6,472 nt of DNA, from contig JAFGBS010000003.1 of assembly GCA_016933055.1 (NCBI GenBank), forward strand, positions 1-6,472, written 5' to 3'. The stretch is from Promethearchaeota archaeon. Its GTDB lineage: Archaea > Asgardarchaeota > Lokiarchaeia > Sigyniarchaeales > Promethearchaeaceae. Numbering within the stretch: the stretch's first letter is position 1; every line of letters starts with the position of its first letter. Positions 6,115 to 6,472 of the stretch are shown piece by piece. Under the pieces are notes generated by a model. It was not told the origin of the DNA. It saw only the letters and a list, made by a program, of their open reading frames with translations, and searched no databases. The position numbers and the translations under genes were made by a program.

Positions 6115-6471
6115 TCATTTTGCATACTTCTCATCCCGGTCCATCCATTCATGTTTTATTTTTGGTGGAGTTTGGTCAGGGGCATCTTTAGGAAGTGTAT
6201 ATTTTTCAAGCATGGGTTTGGGATATGAAAGCCCATAGGCTACTGTCATCCTTTCAAATGGTGCATTTATATCACCTCCGTCGTAATCCTCTGGTTTAGG
6301 GAGCTTACTTACTCGGTAAGGACCTTCGATTTTATCCCACCAGGGAGCTGAAAATATTTGTTCTGCATAGGAAATATTTGCACCGCCACCAGTTATAAAA
6401 ATCTCTACATTATCTTTACTCCATTTTGACTGCTTACGTAGATGATTATATGCACTTCCCCAGGTATGAAA
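6115..6471 (-). CDS. Actin/Hsp70-fold (ASKHA) ATPase-like protein, C-terminal 118 aa; 5' part outside the window
   Basis: Manual translation of the open frame: FHTWGSAYNHLRKQSKWSKDNVEIFITGGGANISYAEQIFSAPWWDKIEGPYRVSKLPKPEDYDGGDINAPFERMTVAYGLSYPKPMLEKYTLPKDAPDQTPPKIKHEWMDRDEKYAK*. IFITGGGA resembles the adenosine motif, and MTVAYGLS resembles the connect-2 motif (AVAYGAA in DnaK). Confidence 0.6.
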   Translation of the reverse strand, partial: FHTWGSAYNHLRKQSKWSKDNVEIFITGGGANISYAEQIFSAPWWDKIEGPYRVSKLPKPEDYDGGDINAPFERMTVAYGLSYPKPMLEKYTLPKDAPDQTPPKIKHEWMDRDEKYAK

Positions 6472-6472
6472 A

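Overview
AT-rich (roughly 30-35% GC by eye) cluster that looks like a defence island, with every gene on the minus strand. In transcription order: (1) C-terminal 118 aa of an actin/Hsp70-fold ATPase, cut by the window end and absent from the ORF track; (2) a DUF3800-like predicted nuclease; (3) a single-HKD phospholipase-D-family nuclease with an unrecognised C-terminal half; (4) an McrB-family AAA+ GTPase with two N-terminal accessory domains; (5) a translationally coupled McrC PD-(D/E)xK nuclease; (6) the 5' part of a MazG-like nucleotide pyrophosphohydrolase in 50%-GC DNA, also absent from the ORF track. The two McrB ORFs in the track (2129..3823 and 1571..2122) are in the same frame and separated only by one TAA plus two sense codons, so they form one 750-codon gene with an internal stop between Walker A and Walker B. 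A good sigma70-type promoter and a 13-bp-period triple repeat lie upstream of mcrB. No RNA genes, CRISPR arrays, integrases, transposases or methyltransferases are visible. All family assignments come from motif recognition, not database searches.
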